Below are positions 37,616 through 47,899 of a stretch of DNA of 64,000 nucleotides, one piece after another. The stretch lies in the NCBI GenBank assembly GCA_023248155.1, contig JAHFFE010000003.1, positions 148,159 through 212,158 on the forward strand, in the 5' to 3' direction. Position 1 is the stretch's first letter, and every line of letters begins with the position of its first letter. The position numbers and the translations under genes were made by a program. The stretch comes from Candidatus Omnitrophota bacterium (GTDB lineage: Bacteria; Omnitrophota; Gorgyraeia; 1-14-0-20-64-10). The notes beneath the pieces are model-generated. The model was not told where the DNA came from and searched no databases. It worked only from the letters and a program-made list of their open reading frames with translations.

Positions 37616-38802
37616 GCAAATCGTTTTCTATGCCTCCGGTCGCCAAGCGGCTCACACAACTTCCGCCTTATCTGTTCGTTCAGATCGACGCAATGAAAGA
37701 TGCGCTGGTCAAGCAGGGGCGCAATGTAATTGATATGGGCGTGGGCGATCCGGACGAGCCGACTCCGAAATTCATCATCGACGCATTTATGAAAGCGGTC
37801 AAAGACCGGCGCCATCACCAGTATCCGAGCAACCGCGGTTTGATTGAAATGCGAACCGCGATTGCAATCTGGTATAAAAAACGGTTTCGCGTCACGCTGG
37901 ATCCGGTGACCGAAGTGTTGCCGCTGATCGGTTCCAAAGAGGGGATCGCCCATTTTCCATTGGCCTATGCCAACCCGGGCGACAGCGTTTTAGTGCCTGA
38001 TCCCTGTTATCCGCCGTATAAAACCGGCACGATCCTGGCAAGCGCAAAGCCGGTCATGTTCCCGCTGCTGGCGCAAAACAAGTTTCTGCCCGACTTAAAC
38101 GCGCTGGCGCGGAAACATGCGAAAGCCAAACTGATTTTCCTGAACTATCCGAACAACCCGACCGCGGCTGTCGCCGATCTGAAGTTCTTCAGAGAAGCGG
38201 TCGATTTTGCGCATAAAACAGGAATTCCGGTCTGCCATGACGCCGCCTATTCGGAAATCGGATACGACGGTTTCAAACATCCGAGTTTCCTACAGATTCC
38301 CGGCGCCAAAGAAGTCGGCATTGAATTCCATTCGTTGTCGAAAACCTATAACATGACCGGATGGCGGATCGGCTGGGCCTGCGGCAACCGCGAGATGATC
38401 GCGGCGCTTGCCAAAGTGAAATCGAACATTGATTCCGGAGTTTTTCAGGCGATTCAGATGGCCGGCATCGCCGCGCTCAAAGATAATGGGGCGCACTTAA
38501 ACCGGATGATTAAAATTTACCAGACCCGCCGCGATCTGATGATCCGTTCATTGAGAGAAAGCGGCTGGCCCGTTACGCCGCCAAAATCAACTTTTTATCT
38601 CTGGTCTCCGATTCCGCCCAAGACAAGTTCGCGTGAACTTGCCGCCAAGCTATTGCAGGAACAGGGAATCGTCGCCACACCGGGCGTCGGCTTCGGTGAT
38701 GCCGGCGAAGGCTATATCCGCTTCTCGCTGAGCATTCCAACTGCGCAAATTCAGGAAGCTGCCCGACGGATCGGCCGCTGCGCGGTCTGGAAAAAGGGTT
38801 GA
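37612..38802 (+). CDS. dapL: LL-diaminopimelate aminotransferase (DapL-type class I aminotransferase)
   Basis: 'LPPYLFVQID...G.NVIDMGVGDPDEP', PLP-Lys 'SLSKTYNMTGWRIGWA'; sits inside the dapFAB cluster and no dapD/dapE/dapC is present in the window. This fits the aminotransferase bypass found in Chlamydiae/Verrucomicrobia/cyanobacteria. Confidence 0.75.
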   Translation: MSKSFSMPPVAKRLTQLPPYLFVQIDAMKDALVKQGRNVIDMGVGDPDEPTPKFIIDAFMKAVKDRRHHQYPSNRGLIEMRTAIAIWYKKRFRVTLDPVTEVLPLIGSKEGIAHFPLAYANPGDSVLVPDPCYPPYKTGTILASAKPVMFPLLAQNKFLPDLNALARKHAKAKLIFLNYPNNPTAAVADLKFFREAVDFAHKTGIPVCHDAAYSEIGYDGFKHPSFLQIPGAKEVGIEFHSLSKTYNMTGWRIGWACGNREMIAALAKVKSNIDSGVFQAIQMAGIAALKDNGAHLNRMIKIYQTRRDLMIRSLRESGWPVTPPKSTFYLWSPIPPKTSSRELAAKLLQEQGIVATPGVGFGDAGEGYIRFSLSIPTAQIQEAARRIGRCAVWKKG

Positions 38803-39272
38803 TGGCCTTCACGGCCTACATCGCGCTGGGATCAAATCTGGGGGATCGGTCATCGTATCTGCGCTGCGCCATCAACCGGATTAACAAAATTCCAATGACC
38901 AAAATCAAAAAACTTTCCCGCATTGAAGAAACAGCCCCCATCGGCGGACCCACTCAGGGACCTTATCTCAACGGCGTCGCGGAAATAAAAACCGGTTTAC
39001 CGGCGCAGCGGTTGATGGACTCGCTGCGGCAAATCGAACAGGCACTTGGCCGACCGGCTGAGCATCCGCACTGGGGGGCGCGCACGATTGACCTGGATAT
39101 TATTGATTACGATGGAATTCAAATGAGCTCTAAGAAACTATCGCTGCCGCATCCGCGCGCGCATCAGCGAACATTTGTGCTGCGGCCGCTTGCGCAAATC
39201 GCACCCCACTGGATTCATCCGGTTTTCGGAAAAACAGCGTTCCGTCTGCTGGACGAGGCGGCCGCTCAATGA
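38799..39272 (+). CDS. folK: 2-amino-4-hydroxy-6-hydroxymethyldihydropteridine pyrophosphokinase (HPPK)
   Basis: 'AYIALGSNLGDR', 'RTIDLDII' HPPK motifs. Confidence 0.85.
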   Translation: MMAFTAYIALGSNLGDRSSYLRCAINRINKIPMTKIKKLSRIEETAPIGGPTQGPYLNGVAEIKTGLPAQRLMDSLRQIEQALGRPAEHPHWGARTIDLDIIDYDGIQMSSKKLSLPHPRAHQRTFVLRPLAQIAPHWIHPVFGKTAFRLLDEAAAQ

Positions 39273-40126
39273 AACTGATCCGTTCCATTCAGGCGTTACG
39301 CCGGGAAATCAGCCGGCTCCGAAAAAACGGAAAAACGATCGGGTTCGTTCCGACGATGGGGGCACTGCACGAAGGACACCTTTCGCTGATTCGCCGCGCG
39401 CGCCGGGACACCGATCAGGTCGTGGTCAGCATTTTCGTCAACCCGACACAGTTCAACCAGAAAAAAGATCTGCTCGGTTATCCGCGCCGTTTGCGGTCCG
39501 ACAGCGTTCTCTGTCAAAAAGCCGGGACCGCTATTCTGTTCGTACCGGATGCGCGATCCATTTATCCTGAGAACTTCCAAACGCATGTGGCCGTGGAACA
39601 GCTTGGCCGGCGGTGGGAAGGGCAGTTTCGTCCCGGCCATTTTCAGGGCGTGGCCACCGTGGTGACGAAACTGTTTAACCTGGTTGAACCAACCATCGCT
39701 TATTTCGGACAGAAAGATGCGCAGCAGGCAAGAATTATTCAACAATTGGCTGAAGATCTGAATTTCGATATCCGCGTCAAAGTACTTCCGACCATCCGAG
39801 AAAAAAGCGGGCTGGCGATGAGTTCGCGCAACAAGCGGCTCTCCGAAAAGCAGAAAACAGGGGCGCTGGTGCTCGTTAACGCTTTACGGGAAGCAGGCCG
39901 GCTGGTACAATTAAATGAGGTGCGATCGTCGGTGATTTTGGCCCGCGTGAACCGGTTAATCCGGTCCGCCGGGCAGGTTCGCAGTGAATATTCAGCCATT
40001 GTAGACCCCGCCACGCTCGAACCGGTCTCCCGCGTCCGGACAACCGCACTGGTTCTTCTGGCAGCGTGGGTCGGCAGTGTCCGCTTGATCGATTGCGGGT
40101 TTATTCACACAAAAAGAAAGAACTAG
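39269..40126 (+). CDS. panC: Pantoate--beta-alanine ligase
   Basis: 'GFVPTMGALHEGHLSLI', 'FGQKDAQQ' motifs. Confidence 0.9.
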   Translation: MKLIRSIQALRREISRLRKNGKTIGFVPTMGALHEGHLSLIRRARRDTDQVVVSIFVNPTQFNQKKDLLGYPRRLRSDSVLCQKAGTAILFVPDARSIYPENFQTHVAVEQLGRRWEGQFRPGHFQGVATVVTKLFNLVEPTIAYFGQKDAQQARIIQQLAEDLNFDIRVKVLPTIREKSGLAMSSRNKRLSEKQKTGALVLVNALREAGRLVQLNEVRSSVILARVNRLIRSAGQVRSEYSAIVDPATLEPVSRVRTTALVLLAAWVGSVRLIDCGFIHTKRKN

Positions 40127-40138
40127 AAGAGCACATCC

Positions 40139-40501
40139 ATGTTTCGCTCGATGATGAAATCAAAGATCCATCAGGCAACCGTGACGGAAGCTAACCTCAA
40201 GTACGAGGGCTCCATCACGATTGATTCTGATTTGATGAAAGCCTCTGATTTAATCGCGGGCGAACATGTCCATGTCGTCAACCTCAACAACGGCAGCCGC
40301 ATTGAGACCTACTGCGTGGAAGGGCCTTCCGGTTCCGGAATCATCTGCATGAACGGCGCGGCCGCGCGCTCGGCGCAGGTGGGGGATATCGTCATCATCA
40401 TTTCGTACGCGATGATGGAAGATGCGGCCGCGCGCCAATACCAGCCGAAAGTCGTTTTCGTCGACAAGCAAAATAAGATCCGCCGTCCCGCTTACGCGTG
40501 A
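40139..40501 (+). CDS. panD: Aspartate 1-decarboxylase (pyruvoyl-dependent)
   Basis: '[25 protein letters not shown]' with the self-processing Gly-Ser site; 'NGAAAR'. Confidence 0.9.
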   Translation: MFRSMMKSKIHQATVTEANLKYEGSITIDSDLMKASDLIAGEHVHVVNLNNGSRIETYCVEGPSGSGIICMNGAAARSAQVGDIVIIISYAMMEDAAARQYQPKVVFVDKQNKIRRPAYA

Positions 40502-41304
40502 TTAAGATCGGCTTGGTCGGGTGCGGAAACATCGGCGCCCAATTGGCAGTACACATCCAGAAAAAACTCCGCACTCAGGCAACACTGGTTTCGATCTGGG
40601 ATAACGATTCCCAAACCGCGCAGAAACTCCAAACTGTTCTTCGAAAAAAAATCATTTCCGTTTCCATAGCCCAACTTGTTTCACAATCCGATCTGATTAT
40701 TGAAGCCGCTTCGGCCGATGCGGTTCAACAATTACTTCCGCTCGTGATTAAAAAGAAAAAACAGCTGATGGTACTGTCGAGCGGCGGATTACTTCGAAAT
40801 CCCGCCCGGCTCGCGCAGGCGATTCGCGCCCGTACCCCGATTTTTCTGCCCAGCGGCGCGCTGGCCGGACTGGACGGAATCAAAAGCGCGCGCGTCGGAA
40901 AAATCCGCTCGGTCACGTTGACCACGCGCAAACCGCCGCTGTCGTTTTCCGGAGCACCGGGCGTTCAAAACAAAAAACTCCGTCTCGAATCGATCCGGAA
41001 ACCGACGGTAATCTTTGATGGGAACGCGCTGAAAGCGGCGCGTCTTTTTCCGCAAAATATCAATGTGGCGGCCACGCTGGCGCTGGCCGGCGTCGGGGCC
41101 GCCCGCACGCGCGTGCGGATCATCGCCGATCCCGGTATAAAAAATAATTCACATACGATTGAATCCGTCGGGGATTTTGGTATACTCATATCTCGGACGG
41201 AGAATCGTCCGTCGGTGCGGAATCGAAAAACCAGCCAACTGGCAGTTTACTCGGCCATTGCAACTCTGGAACAGATTCTCAATCCTTTACAGGTGGGTAG
41301 TTAA
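40498..41304 (+). CDS. nadX: L-aspartate dehydrogenase (NadX family)
   Basis: '[11 protein letters not shown]' Rossmann, '[17 protein letters not shown]', '[13 protein letters not shown]', '[12 protein letters not shown]' closely parallel Thermotoga NadX motifs; GTGA-coupled to panD. Confidence 0.72.
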   Translation: MIKIGLVGCGNIGAQLAVHIQKKLRTQATLVSIWDNDSQTAQKLQTVLRKKIISVSIAQLVSQSDLIIEAASADAVQQLLPLVIKKKKQLMVLSSGGLLRNPARLAQAIRARTPIFLPSGALAGLDGIKSARVGKIRSVTLTTRKPPLSFSGAPGVQNKKLRLESIRKPTVIFDGNALKAARLFPQNINVAATLALAGVGAARTRVRIIADPGIKNNSHTIESVGDFGILISRTENRPSVRNRKTSQLAVYSAIATLEQILNPLQVGS

Positions 41305-41345
41305 AGCGCAAGTCCGTTTCATAAAAAGACGAAAGGGGTATCCGC

Positions 41346-41588
41346 ATGGCAGAGAAGATCCAGAAAGCAGGAATCAAGAGAGAGAAGGGCTACCTGTATT
41401 ACCTCGACAAGCAGGGAGATGTTTCCGCTGCGAAGATGGCCCGCGGTGGCAAGAAGGGCGGGGCCCCGAAGAAAGTTGCAAAGCTTGGCATCAAGAGAAA
41501 AGAAGGCTACCTGTATTTCATCGACAAGCAGGGAGATGTTTCCGCTGCGAAGATGGCTCGTCCGGGCAGCAAGAAAAAGAAGAAGTAA
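41346..41588 (+). CDS. Small (80 aa) lysine-rich protein with two tandem copies of a 39-aa unit ('GIKREKGYLY(Y/F)(L/I)DKQGDVSAAKMAR'), unknown function
   Basis: RBS 'aaagggg' 8 nt upstream; intact ORF; followed by a terminator; the internal 117-nt duplication is in frame. Confidence 0.55.
   Translation: MAEKIQKAGIKREKGYLYYLDKQGDVSAAKMARGGKKGGAPKKVAKLGIKRKEGYLYFIDKQGDVSAAKMARPGSKKKKK
41373..41575 (+). repeat. In-gene tandem duplication, 117-nt period (unit 1 41373..41489; unit 2 41490..about 41575), near-identical cores
   Basis: 'atcaagaga.a.aagggctacctgtatt.c.tcgacaagcagggagatgtttccgctgcgaagatggc' occurs twice with only a few substitutions. Confidence 0.7.
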
Positions 41589-41616
41589 CCCGGGTTTACC
41601 GTTTTACAGAGTTCTC

Positions 41617-41658
41617 GACACCCCGTCATGCGTTAAAAGCAGGGCGGGGTGTTTCTTC
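41617..41658 (+). terminator. Putative rho-independent terminator (gacaccccg ... cggggtgtc + TTCTTCC)
   Basis: 9-bp GC-rich inverted repeat followed by a T-rich tract, 30 nt after the small-protein stop. Confidence 0.45.
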
Positions 41659-41732
41659 CTAGGTGCATGCACCTTGCATTTGACCCTTTTTAATCAGATC
41701 ACAAGAAGTTGTCCTGTATTTTCAGAGAATAA

Positions 41733-44546
41733 ATGAGCAACTCTACTGTTTCTCCTATAATCATCCGCGGCGCACGCGAGCATAATCTCAAAGGCGTCAA
41801 TCTGACGATTCCGCGCAACGCGCTTATTGTCTTTACGGGACTTTCCGGTTCCGGAAAATCGTCGCTGGCGTTCGACACGCTCTATGCCGAAGGCCAGCGC
41901 CGTTATGTCGAGAGTCTCTCGGCCTACGCGCGGCAATTCCTCGAACAACTTCAAAAACCGAATGTGGAACAGATCGAAGGGCTTTCTCCGGCCATCGCCA
42001 TTGAGCAGCGGACGACCGGCGGCAGTCCGCGTTCCACGGTAGCCACGCAAACCGAAATTTATGATTATCTGCGCCTGCTTTATGCGCGGATCGGAACACC
42101 GCACTGCTATCGCTGCGGCCGCGTGATCCGGAAACAATCGGCGCAGGAAATCGTGGAGCAGATATTAAAATTGCCCGAGGGACAATCAGCGCTGCTGCTG
42201 GCGCCGCTGGTACGCGGACGAAAAGGCGAGTATCAGGAATTGTTCCGGCAGATTCAGAAACAGGGATTCACGCGTGTGCGCGTTGATCAAACGCTTTACA
42301 ATCTGGATGAACCGGTCAAGCTCGACAAAAAGAAAGCACATTCGATTGATGTGGTGGTTGACCGCCTTACCATTGAACCTTCCGCGAAACAGCGGCTGAC
42401 CGATTCGGTGGAAACCGCGCTAAAAGCCGGAAAAGGAACGCTGCTGATCGCCTCTGCATCCGGCAAAAAATCGGCGCCGGATCTACTGTTTAGCGAACTG
42501 TACGGCTGTCCCGAATGCGGCATCAGCCTGGCCGAGCTGGAACCGCGCCTGTTCTCATTCAACAGCCCGTACGGCGCCTGCGAGTCTTGCCATGGTCTGG
42601 GCACCAAACCGGAAATCGACAAAGATCTTGTTATTCCGGATCCATCCAAATCGATCGCGGACGGAGCGTTGACGCCCTGGCGCAGGGGCGGGCACGGCTA
42701 TGTGATGTACCACCGCGCGCTGGTGCGCGAATTCGCGCGCGAAGTCGGCATTGACCTGACCACGCCATTTAAGAAACTGCCGGAAGGAATCCGGAAAAAA
42801 ATATTGTACGGCGCTCCGCAGATTGAAATATGGGGACGGCCGTTTGAAGGCGTGATTCCAAACCTCGAACGGCTGTTCCGCGAAAGCGATTCTGATTTCG
42901 TGAAAGAAGAAGTTTCGAAATATATGTCGGTGCAGCCGTGTCCAGCCTGCGATGGAACACGCCTGAAGCCGGAAGCGACCGCCGTCAAGGTGAATGGGAA
43001 ATCGATCGTTGAAACATCGCGCATGACGATCCAGCAAAGCCTTCAATTCTGGAATGCGCTGAAGCTGGGCGTCAAAGAAGCGGCCATCGCAGAACAGATA
43101 CTCAAAGAGATTCGCGCGCGCCTGCAATTCATGACCGATGTCGGCTTGGATTACCTCAACCTCGACCGCGCCAGCGGCACGCTTTCCGGCGGAGAGGCCC
43201 AGCGAATCCGGCTGGCCACGCAGATCGGCGCCGGGCTGGTGGGTGTTCTCTATGTGCTGGACGAACCATCGATCGGCTTACATCCGCGCGATACCGACCG
43301 TCTGCTGAAGACATTGCAAAAACTGCGCGACCTCGGAAATACCGTCGTGACCGTCGAGCATGATGAGGCGACGATCCGCTCCGCCGACTTTATTGTCGAC
43401 ATGGGACCGGGCGCCGGAAAACATGGCGGGGAAGTGGTGGCCGCCGGCACACCCGCCGAGATCCTGAAATCTGAAAAATCACTGACGGCGCAATACCTGC
43501 GCGGCGAGCGCTCAATCCCAATTCCAGAACGGCGGCCTTACGCCGACAAACCGTTTATTGAAATCATCGGCGCGAAAGAAAACAACTTAAAAGAAATCGA
43601 TGTGCGGATTCCACTGGGCACATTCACCGGAGTGACCGGTGTTTCCGGGTCGGGCAAATCAACACTGGTCGAGGAAATTTTATACAAATCACTCTCGCGC
43701 AGCCTGTACAAAGCCCGCGTAAAACCGGGCGAGCATCAGCAGATCCGCGGAGCAGAACAGATCGACAAGGTGATTGTGATTGACCAGTCTCCGATCGGCC
43801 GGACGCCGCGATCCAATCCGGCGACGTACACCGGTGTTTTCACCGATATCCGCGATCTGTTCGCGCGAACGCCCGAGGCTAAAGCGCGCGGATACGCGCC
43901 GGGCCGGTTCAGCTTTAATGTGAAAGGGGGCCGCTGCGAATCGTGTGAAGGCGACGGCACGCTGAAAGTCGAAATGCATTTTTTGCCGGCTGTTTATGTG
44001 ATTTGTGATCTCTGCAAGGGAAACCGATTCAACGAAGCGACGCTCGAAGTGCTGTACAAAGGCAAATCGATCGCCGACGTACTGCGGATGACCGTCGAAG
44101 AAGCGCTGGAGGTTTTTCTGGCGGTTCCAAGAATTCGGACGCGCCTTCAAACGCTGGTCGAAGTAGGGCTCGGCTACATTGAAGTGGGCCAGGCGGCGAC
44201 CACGCTATCAGGCGGCGAAGCGCAGCGCGTAAAACTGGCCACTGAACTTTCACATAAAGCGACCGGAAGAACTCTCTACATTCTTGACGAGCCGACCACC
44301 GGTCTGCATTTGGCCGACATCGATAAACTGCTGAAAGTTCTGCATGCGCTGGTGGATCAGGGCAATACGGTGCTGGTGATTGAACACCATCTGGATGTGA
44401 TCAAAACAGCCGACTATCTGATTGATCTGGGTCCCGACGGTGGAACGCACGGCGGGGAACTGGTCGCCTGCGGCACGCCCGAAGAGGTTGCGCGCGAACC
44501 AAAATCCTATACCGGACAATTTCTGAAAAAATTACTGCATGAATAA
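41733..44546 (+). CDS. uvrA: Excinuclease ABC subunit A
   Basis: 937 aa; two ABC modules ('[14 protein letters not shown]', '[11 protein letters not shown]'), 'LSGGE' signatures, zinc fingers 'CPECG...CESCHG' and 'CESCEGDG...CDLCKG'. Confidence 0.95.
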   Translation: MSNSTVSPIIIRGAREHNLKGVNLTIPRNALIVFTGLSGSGKSSLAFDTLYAEGQRRYVESLSAYARQFLEQLQKPNVEQIEGLSPAIAIEQRTTGGSPRSTVATQTEIYDYLRLLYARIGTPHCYRCGRVIRKQSAQEIVEQILKLPEGQSALLLAPLVRGRKGEYQELFRQIQKQGFTRVRVDQTLYNLDEPVKLDKKKAHSIDVVVDRLTIEPSAKQRLTDSVETALKAGKGTLLIASASGKKSAPDLLFSELYGCPECGISLAELEPRLFSFNSPYGACESCHGLGTKPEIDKDLVIPDPSKSIADGALTPWRRGGHGYVMYHRALVREFAREVGIDLTTPFKKLPEGIRKKILYGAPQIEIWGRPFEGVIPNLERLFRESDSDFVKEEVSKYMSVQPCPACDGTRLKPEATAVKVNGKSIVETSRMTIQQSLQFWNALKLGVKEAAIAEQILKEIRARLQFMTDVGLDYLNLDRASGTLSGGEAQRIRLATQIGAGLVGVLYVLDEPSIGLHPRDTDRLLKTLQKLRDLGNTVVTVEHDEATIRSADFIVDMGPGAGKHGGEVVAAGTPAEILKSEKSLTAQYLRGERSIPIPERRPYADKPFIEIIGAKENNLKEIDVRIPLGTFTGVTGVSGSGKSTLVEEILYKSLSRSLYKARVKPGEHQQIRGAEQIDKVIVIDQSPIGRTPRSNPATYTGVFTDIRDLFARTPEAKARGYAPGRFSFNVKGGRCESCEGDGTLKVEMHFLPAVYVICDLCKGNRFNEATLEVLYKGKSIADVLRMTVEEALEVFLAVPRIRTRLQTLVEVGLGYIEVGQAATTLSGGEAQRVKLATELSHKATGRTLYILDEPTTGLHLADIDKLLKVLHALVDQGNTVLVIEHHLDVIKTADYLIDLGPDGGTHGGELVACGTPEEVAREPKSYTGQFLKKLLHE

Positions 44547-44901
44547 AAAGAAAGTTCCGACAATGCGACTGCGCGGCGCGCGCGATTTTAAAATCGTGCT
44601 GACGACGGCCGGTTCACCTTCGGAAGCGCGCCGTTTGGCATCAAAAGCGGTGCGGCAACGACAGGCGGCCTGCGTTAACTGGATTCCGAAAATCCATTCA
44701 ACCTATTGGTGGAAAGGGAAAGTCACTTCAGCAATCGAATGCCTGCTTTTATTCAAGACCACGCGGCAGCAGGTTCCGGAATTATGCCGGTTTATCCGAA
44801 AAAATCATTCATATGATTTACCGGAACTGCTGGTGTTGTCTCCCGATCAGGGAGAAACCGCGTATCTTGCCTGGATATCGGATTCGTTAAAAACAACATA
44901 A
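44539..44901 (+). CDS. cutA: Divalent-cation tolerance protein CutA
   Basis: '[20 protein letters not shown]...ECLLLFKTT...DLPELLVL' matches the CutA1 core. Confidence 0.8.
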   Translation: MNKKKVPTMRLRGARDFKIVLTTAGSPSEARRLASKAVRQRQAACVNWIPKIHSTYWWKGKVTSAIECLLLFKTTRQQVPELCRFIRKNHSYDLPELLVLSPDQGETAYLAWISDSLKTT

Positions 44902-44906
44902 TAATG

Positions 44907-44936
44907 TTGACAGAACACGACGGGCGCACTTAAGAT
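44907..44936 (+). promoter_or_regulatory. Candidate promoter for the type IV pilus assembly operon (TTGACA -18- TAAGAT)
   Basis: TTGACA at 44907..44912; AT-rich 120-nt gap before pilMN. Confidence 0.35.
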
Positions 44937-45021
44937 ATATACAATTCTCGGCGAATCATGCAGCGTATCTGTTCGTAGCCAAAATATTGTCACCCTTAAA
45001 GGAACCCTGAGACAATAATCT

Positions 45022-46689
45022 ATGGCATCTTCGATCGGCATCTATGTAGGAACCGAATCGATTGATCTGGTAACGCTGTCGGGTTCGTTTCAAAATCCAA
45101 AATTGGCCGGCTTCGCGCGCGTCAAACTTCCTGATGCAACGGCTTGGAGAAGCAGCGTACGAATTGAAGGCGTCGCCGCCGATCCATCCGTTCAAGTGAA
45201 AGAGGCCGCATCTCCCGAAAGCCTGTTAGCCCCCATTCAAGCGCTGATTTCCAAGATTGAGATTCCGCCCAAGCAGCCGATCCACGTGGGCATCGCCGCC
45301 GAGTCTGTGGTGATCCGTTATTTTCAAATGCCATCTATTCCGCCGCACGAACGGAAAATGGCCGTCTCCTTCGAAGCCAAGAAATATCTCCCTTTTAAAC
45401 TCGATGAGCTGATTACCGATTATCAGGCCGTGATCCGCGGGCCCGACAAAGCGCTGATGCGCGTGATGTTCTTCGGACTGAAACGAAACGCCAGCACGCT
45501 GTATGAACTTTTATTCCAACCCTGGAAACAATCGCTCGAATCGCTGGAACCTTCGCCGGTCAGCTTGATGCGGCTGGCCCGGCAGACGGAACAATTCAAG
45601 GCCAATCAGGCAGTGGCGATTATTTCAATGGAGCAGGATTCGGCCACCATCAGTATCGCGCGCGACGATATGCTTTACTTAAGCCGGAATGTCAGCATTC
45701 TTGAAAACGGCATCAGCCCCGCCGGTGGAAACGGCGCTGAACTTTTGGACGCGCTCGTGAACGAAACTCGCGTATCGATCGATTATTACCGCCGCCGATT
45801 TTTGGGCGAGCCGGCCGTGGCGAAAATACTTGTTTACGGCAAATCGGATGATAAGACCCGGATGGAAGGGCTTTCCGGGGCGCTGGATCTTCCGGTAGAG
45901 CAGGGTGATCCGTTCCGTAAAATCGCGGGAGCACAGGCGGTGCCGGATGGATTGTCGGTCGCCGTAGGCCTGGCGCTGAAAGGGCTCGGCAGTAAAAAGG
46001 GGCAAGTCAACCTGTTGCCGCCGGCCCAGCGCGTCCGTTCCACCGATATTAAAAAACCGCTGATCGCCGAATTGCTGATCGCGTTAACGGTCATCACCGT
46101 TTGGTATACGATTGCTTCTAAAGATATTCAGACGCTTGAGCATAGAAAATCGATCTTGCACGGCAAACAGACCCATCCCGAAAATGTTCGCGGCGATTCC
46201 AACAACCTTGAATTGCGCGAATTAAAAAACCAGCTTGAAAAAGAACGCGCGGCTCTTAACGCGCTGGCCGAACGCAAACAAAAAGTTTCCCAGTTGATGG
46301 AAGAAATAACCTGGCTTCTGCCGCAAGAAGCCTGGTTGCGGTCGGCCGTGATCAAGGAGATCGGGTCTGCGGATGCCGCCGGCCGGGCAGCAGCCGCGGC
46401 CCAACCGCATGGAGCGCGCCATATGGGTCTTCAAATCACCGGCGGCGTTTTCGCCGATAACCGGGATACGGAATTACAACTGGTGAATGAATTCCTCGCG
46501 GCGCTTCAGAAAAACGAACTGCTGAAATCATGCTTTACTGTTTTTTCACTTGATTCCGCGCAGCGGGGAACCTATGCCGGAGAAGAAATTACTGAATTCA
46601 AGATCACCTGCGCTTTTAACGCCGATGAAGCGCGCCAGTTCTCATCGGAGAGAATCGGCTCTTATTCGCAGGGAGGGCGGCGGTCATGA
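45022..46689 (+). CDS. Type IV pilus assembly protein, PilM-PilN fusion
   Basis: N-terminal actin-like PilM ('IGIYVGTESIDLVTL'); residues about 330-555 contain the PilN-type 'VNLLPPAQR' motif, one TM helix and a coiled coil. Confidence 0.8.
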   Translation: MASSIGIYVGTESIDLVTLSGSFQNPKLAGFARVKLPDATAWRSSVRIEGVAADPSVQVKEAASPESLLAPIQALISKIEIPPKQPIHVGIAAESVVIRYFQMPSIPPHERKMAVSFEAKKYLPFKLDELITDYQAVIRGPDKALMRVMFFGLKRNASTLYELLFQPWKQSLESLEPSPVSLMRLARQTEQFKANQAVAIISMEQDSATISIARDDMLYLSRNVSILENGISPAGGNGAELLDALVNETRVSIDYYRRRFLGEPAVAKILVYGKSDDKTRMEGLSGALDLPVEQGDPFRKIAGAQAVPDGLSVAVGLALKGLGSKKGQVNLLPPAQRVRSTDIKKPLIAELLIALTVITVWYTIASKDIQTLEHRKSILHGKQTHPENVRGDSNNLELRELKNQLEKERAALNALAERKQKVSQLMEEITWLLPQEAWLRSAVIKEIGSADAAGRAAAAAQPHGARHMGLQITGGVFADNRDTELQLVNEFLAALQKNELLKSCFTVFSLDSAQRGTYAGEEITEFKITCAFNADEARQFSSERIGSYSQGGRRS

Positions 46690-47339
46690 AACCGGGGCCG
46701 GCGCGGCAGGGGATCTCTCTGGCAGCTATTCAAAGCCAGCTCTCGTCAGGGCAAAAATTGCTGTTCATTTCAATTGGACTACTTTCGATCACGATTTTAA
46801 CCGGCATCTTTCTGATCCAGATTCCCTGGCAGGAAAAAAAAGAGCGGCTTTCAAAAGATTATGCGGATGAACAAGGCAAAACCGATCTTCTGTCTGCCAT
46901 TGAAAAACTCCAGCAAAATTCAAAAACGCTTGAACGCAAGCATCTTTACACGGAAGGCATCTCCGGATTGACTAGCCAGATTACGCGAATCGCCGCACAA
47001 TCGGGCCTGGGCATCGATTCGATTACGCCTCAGCCGGAAACACCGTATCCTCCGTACACGCGGATCCAGGTGGAAATTATCGCCAATAGTCCGCTGATGA
47101 ATGTCGCTCAATTCCTCTCGGCGGTGGAGCAGGCAGAGCCGGCGCTTTCCGTGAACTGGGTCGATTTATCGGAACCGCCGGCGGCCGCTTTCAGCGATCC
47201 AACTCTCTCTAATACGCCGATGCTGTCCATCGGGTCGGCGCCGCTGCCCCCGCTGGATAACTCCTGGAAACGGGGTGAAAACATCAAGATCCGAATTTCA
47301 ATCAGCGCAGTTCAAAGAACGCGGGGAGCCGCTTCGTGA
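46686..47339 (+). CDS. pilO: Type IV pilus assembly protein PilO
   Basis: Single N-terminal TM, coiled coil, C-terminal ferredoxin-like region; position between pilN and pilP; ATGA coupling. Confidence 0.7.
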   Translation: MKPGPARQGISLAAIQSQLSSGQKLLFISIGLLSITILTGIFLIQIPWQEKKERLSKDYADEQGKTDLLSAIEKLQQNSKTLERKHLYTEGISGLTSQITRIAAQSGLGIDSITPQPETPYPPYTRIQVEIIANSPLMNVAQFLSAVEQAEPALSVNWVDLSEPPAAAFSDPTLSNTPMLSIGSAPLPPLDNSWKRGENIKIRISISAVQRTRGAAS

Positions 47340-47899
47340 CCCCCCGCATCAAGCTTCTTTTACTGCTGTTGATCGTGATCGGCGGAATTTGGTTTTTCTA
47401 TCAGAAATCCAATCCATTCATTCCAAATTTTGGAACTGTGGATAGCCCCTCGGCAGGTTCAGGCACTCCGACGGAAACAACCGCATCGCAGGAAACGCAG
47501 ACCCCAGCAGCGCCGGTTTCCGCTGACCCCGGTTTATCGAGGGATGTCTTCCATTTGCCCAACCGGCTTGCGACAAAACTAAAGCAAAAAGAAGATGAGT
47601 ATCAGCGCCTGAAAAAGCTGCAGGAACAAGCGCCTCCCGATCGTTCTCTGGTACCGGTCATTGCGCCGGTCATTCTCGCGGATATCAAACTGCAGGGTTT
47701 ATTTTGGAACAACGGCGTTCCTCAGGCGTTGATTAACCGGAAAGCCGTTTCCGAAGGGGACCAGGTGTCCGGAGTCACCATAAAAAAAATATTGAAAGAT
47801 CGCGTGATTGTCCAGGCGCAGGGACAGGAATCCGAATTGACCTTACAAACCAAGGATCAAACAACCGATGAAAATCCGTCTTCCATTCGACCTTTATAA
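47336..47899 (+). CDS. pilP: Type IV pilus assembly protein PilP-like
   Basis: N-terminal TM/lipoprotein-like anchor, Pro/Thr-rich linker, C-terminal beta domain 'IKLQGLF...ALIN...EGD.V.G..I..I....VI'. Confidence 0.6.
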   Translation: MTPRIKLLLLLLIVIGGIWFFYQKSNPFIPNFGTVDSPSAGSGTPTETTASQETQTPAAPVSADPGLSRDVFHLPNRLATKLKQKEDEYQRLKKLQEQAPPDRSLVPVIAPVILADIKLQGLFWNNGVPQALINRKAVSEGDQVSGVTIKKILKDRVIVQAQGQESELTLQTKDQTTDENPSSIRPL

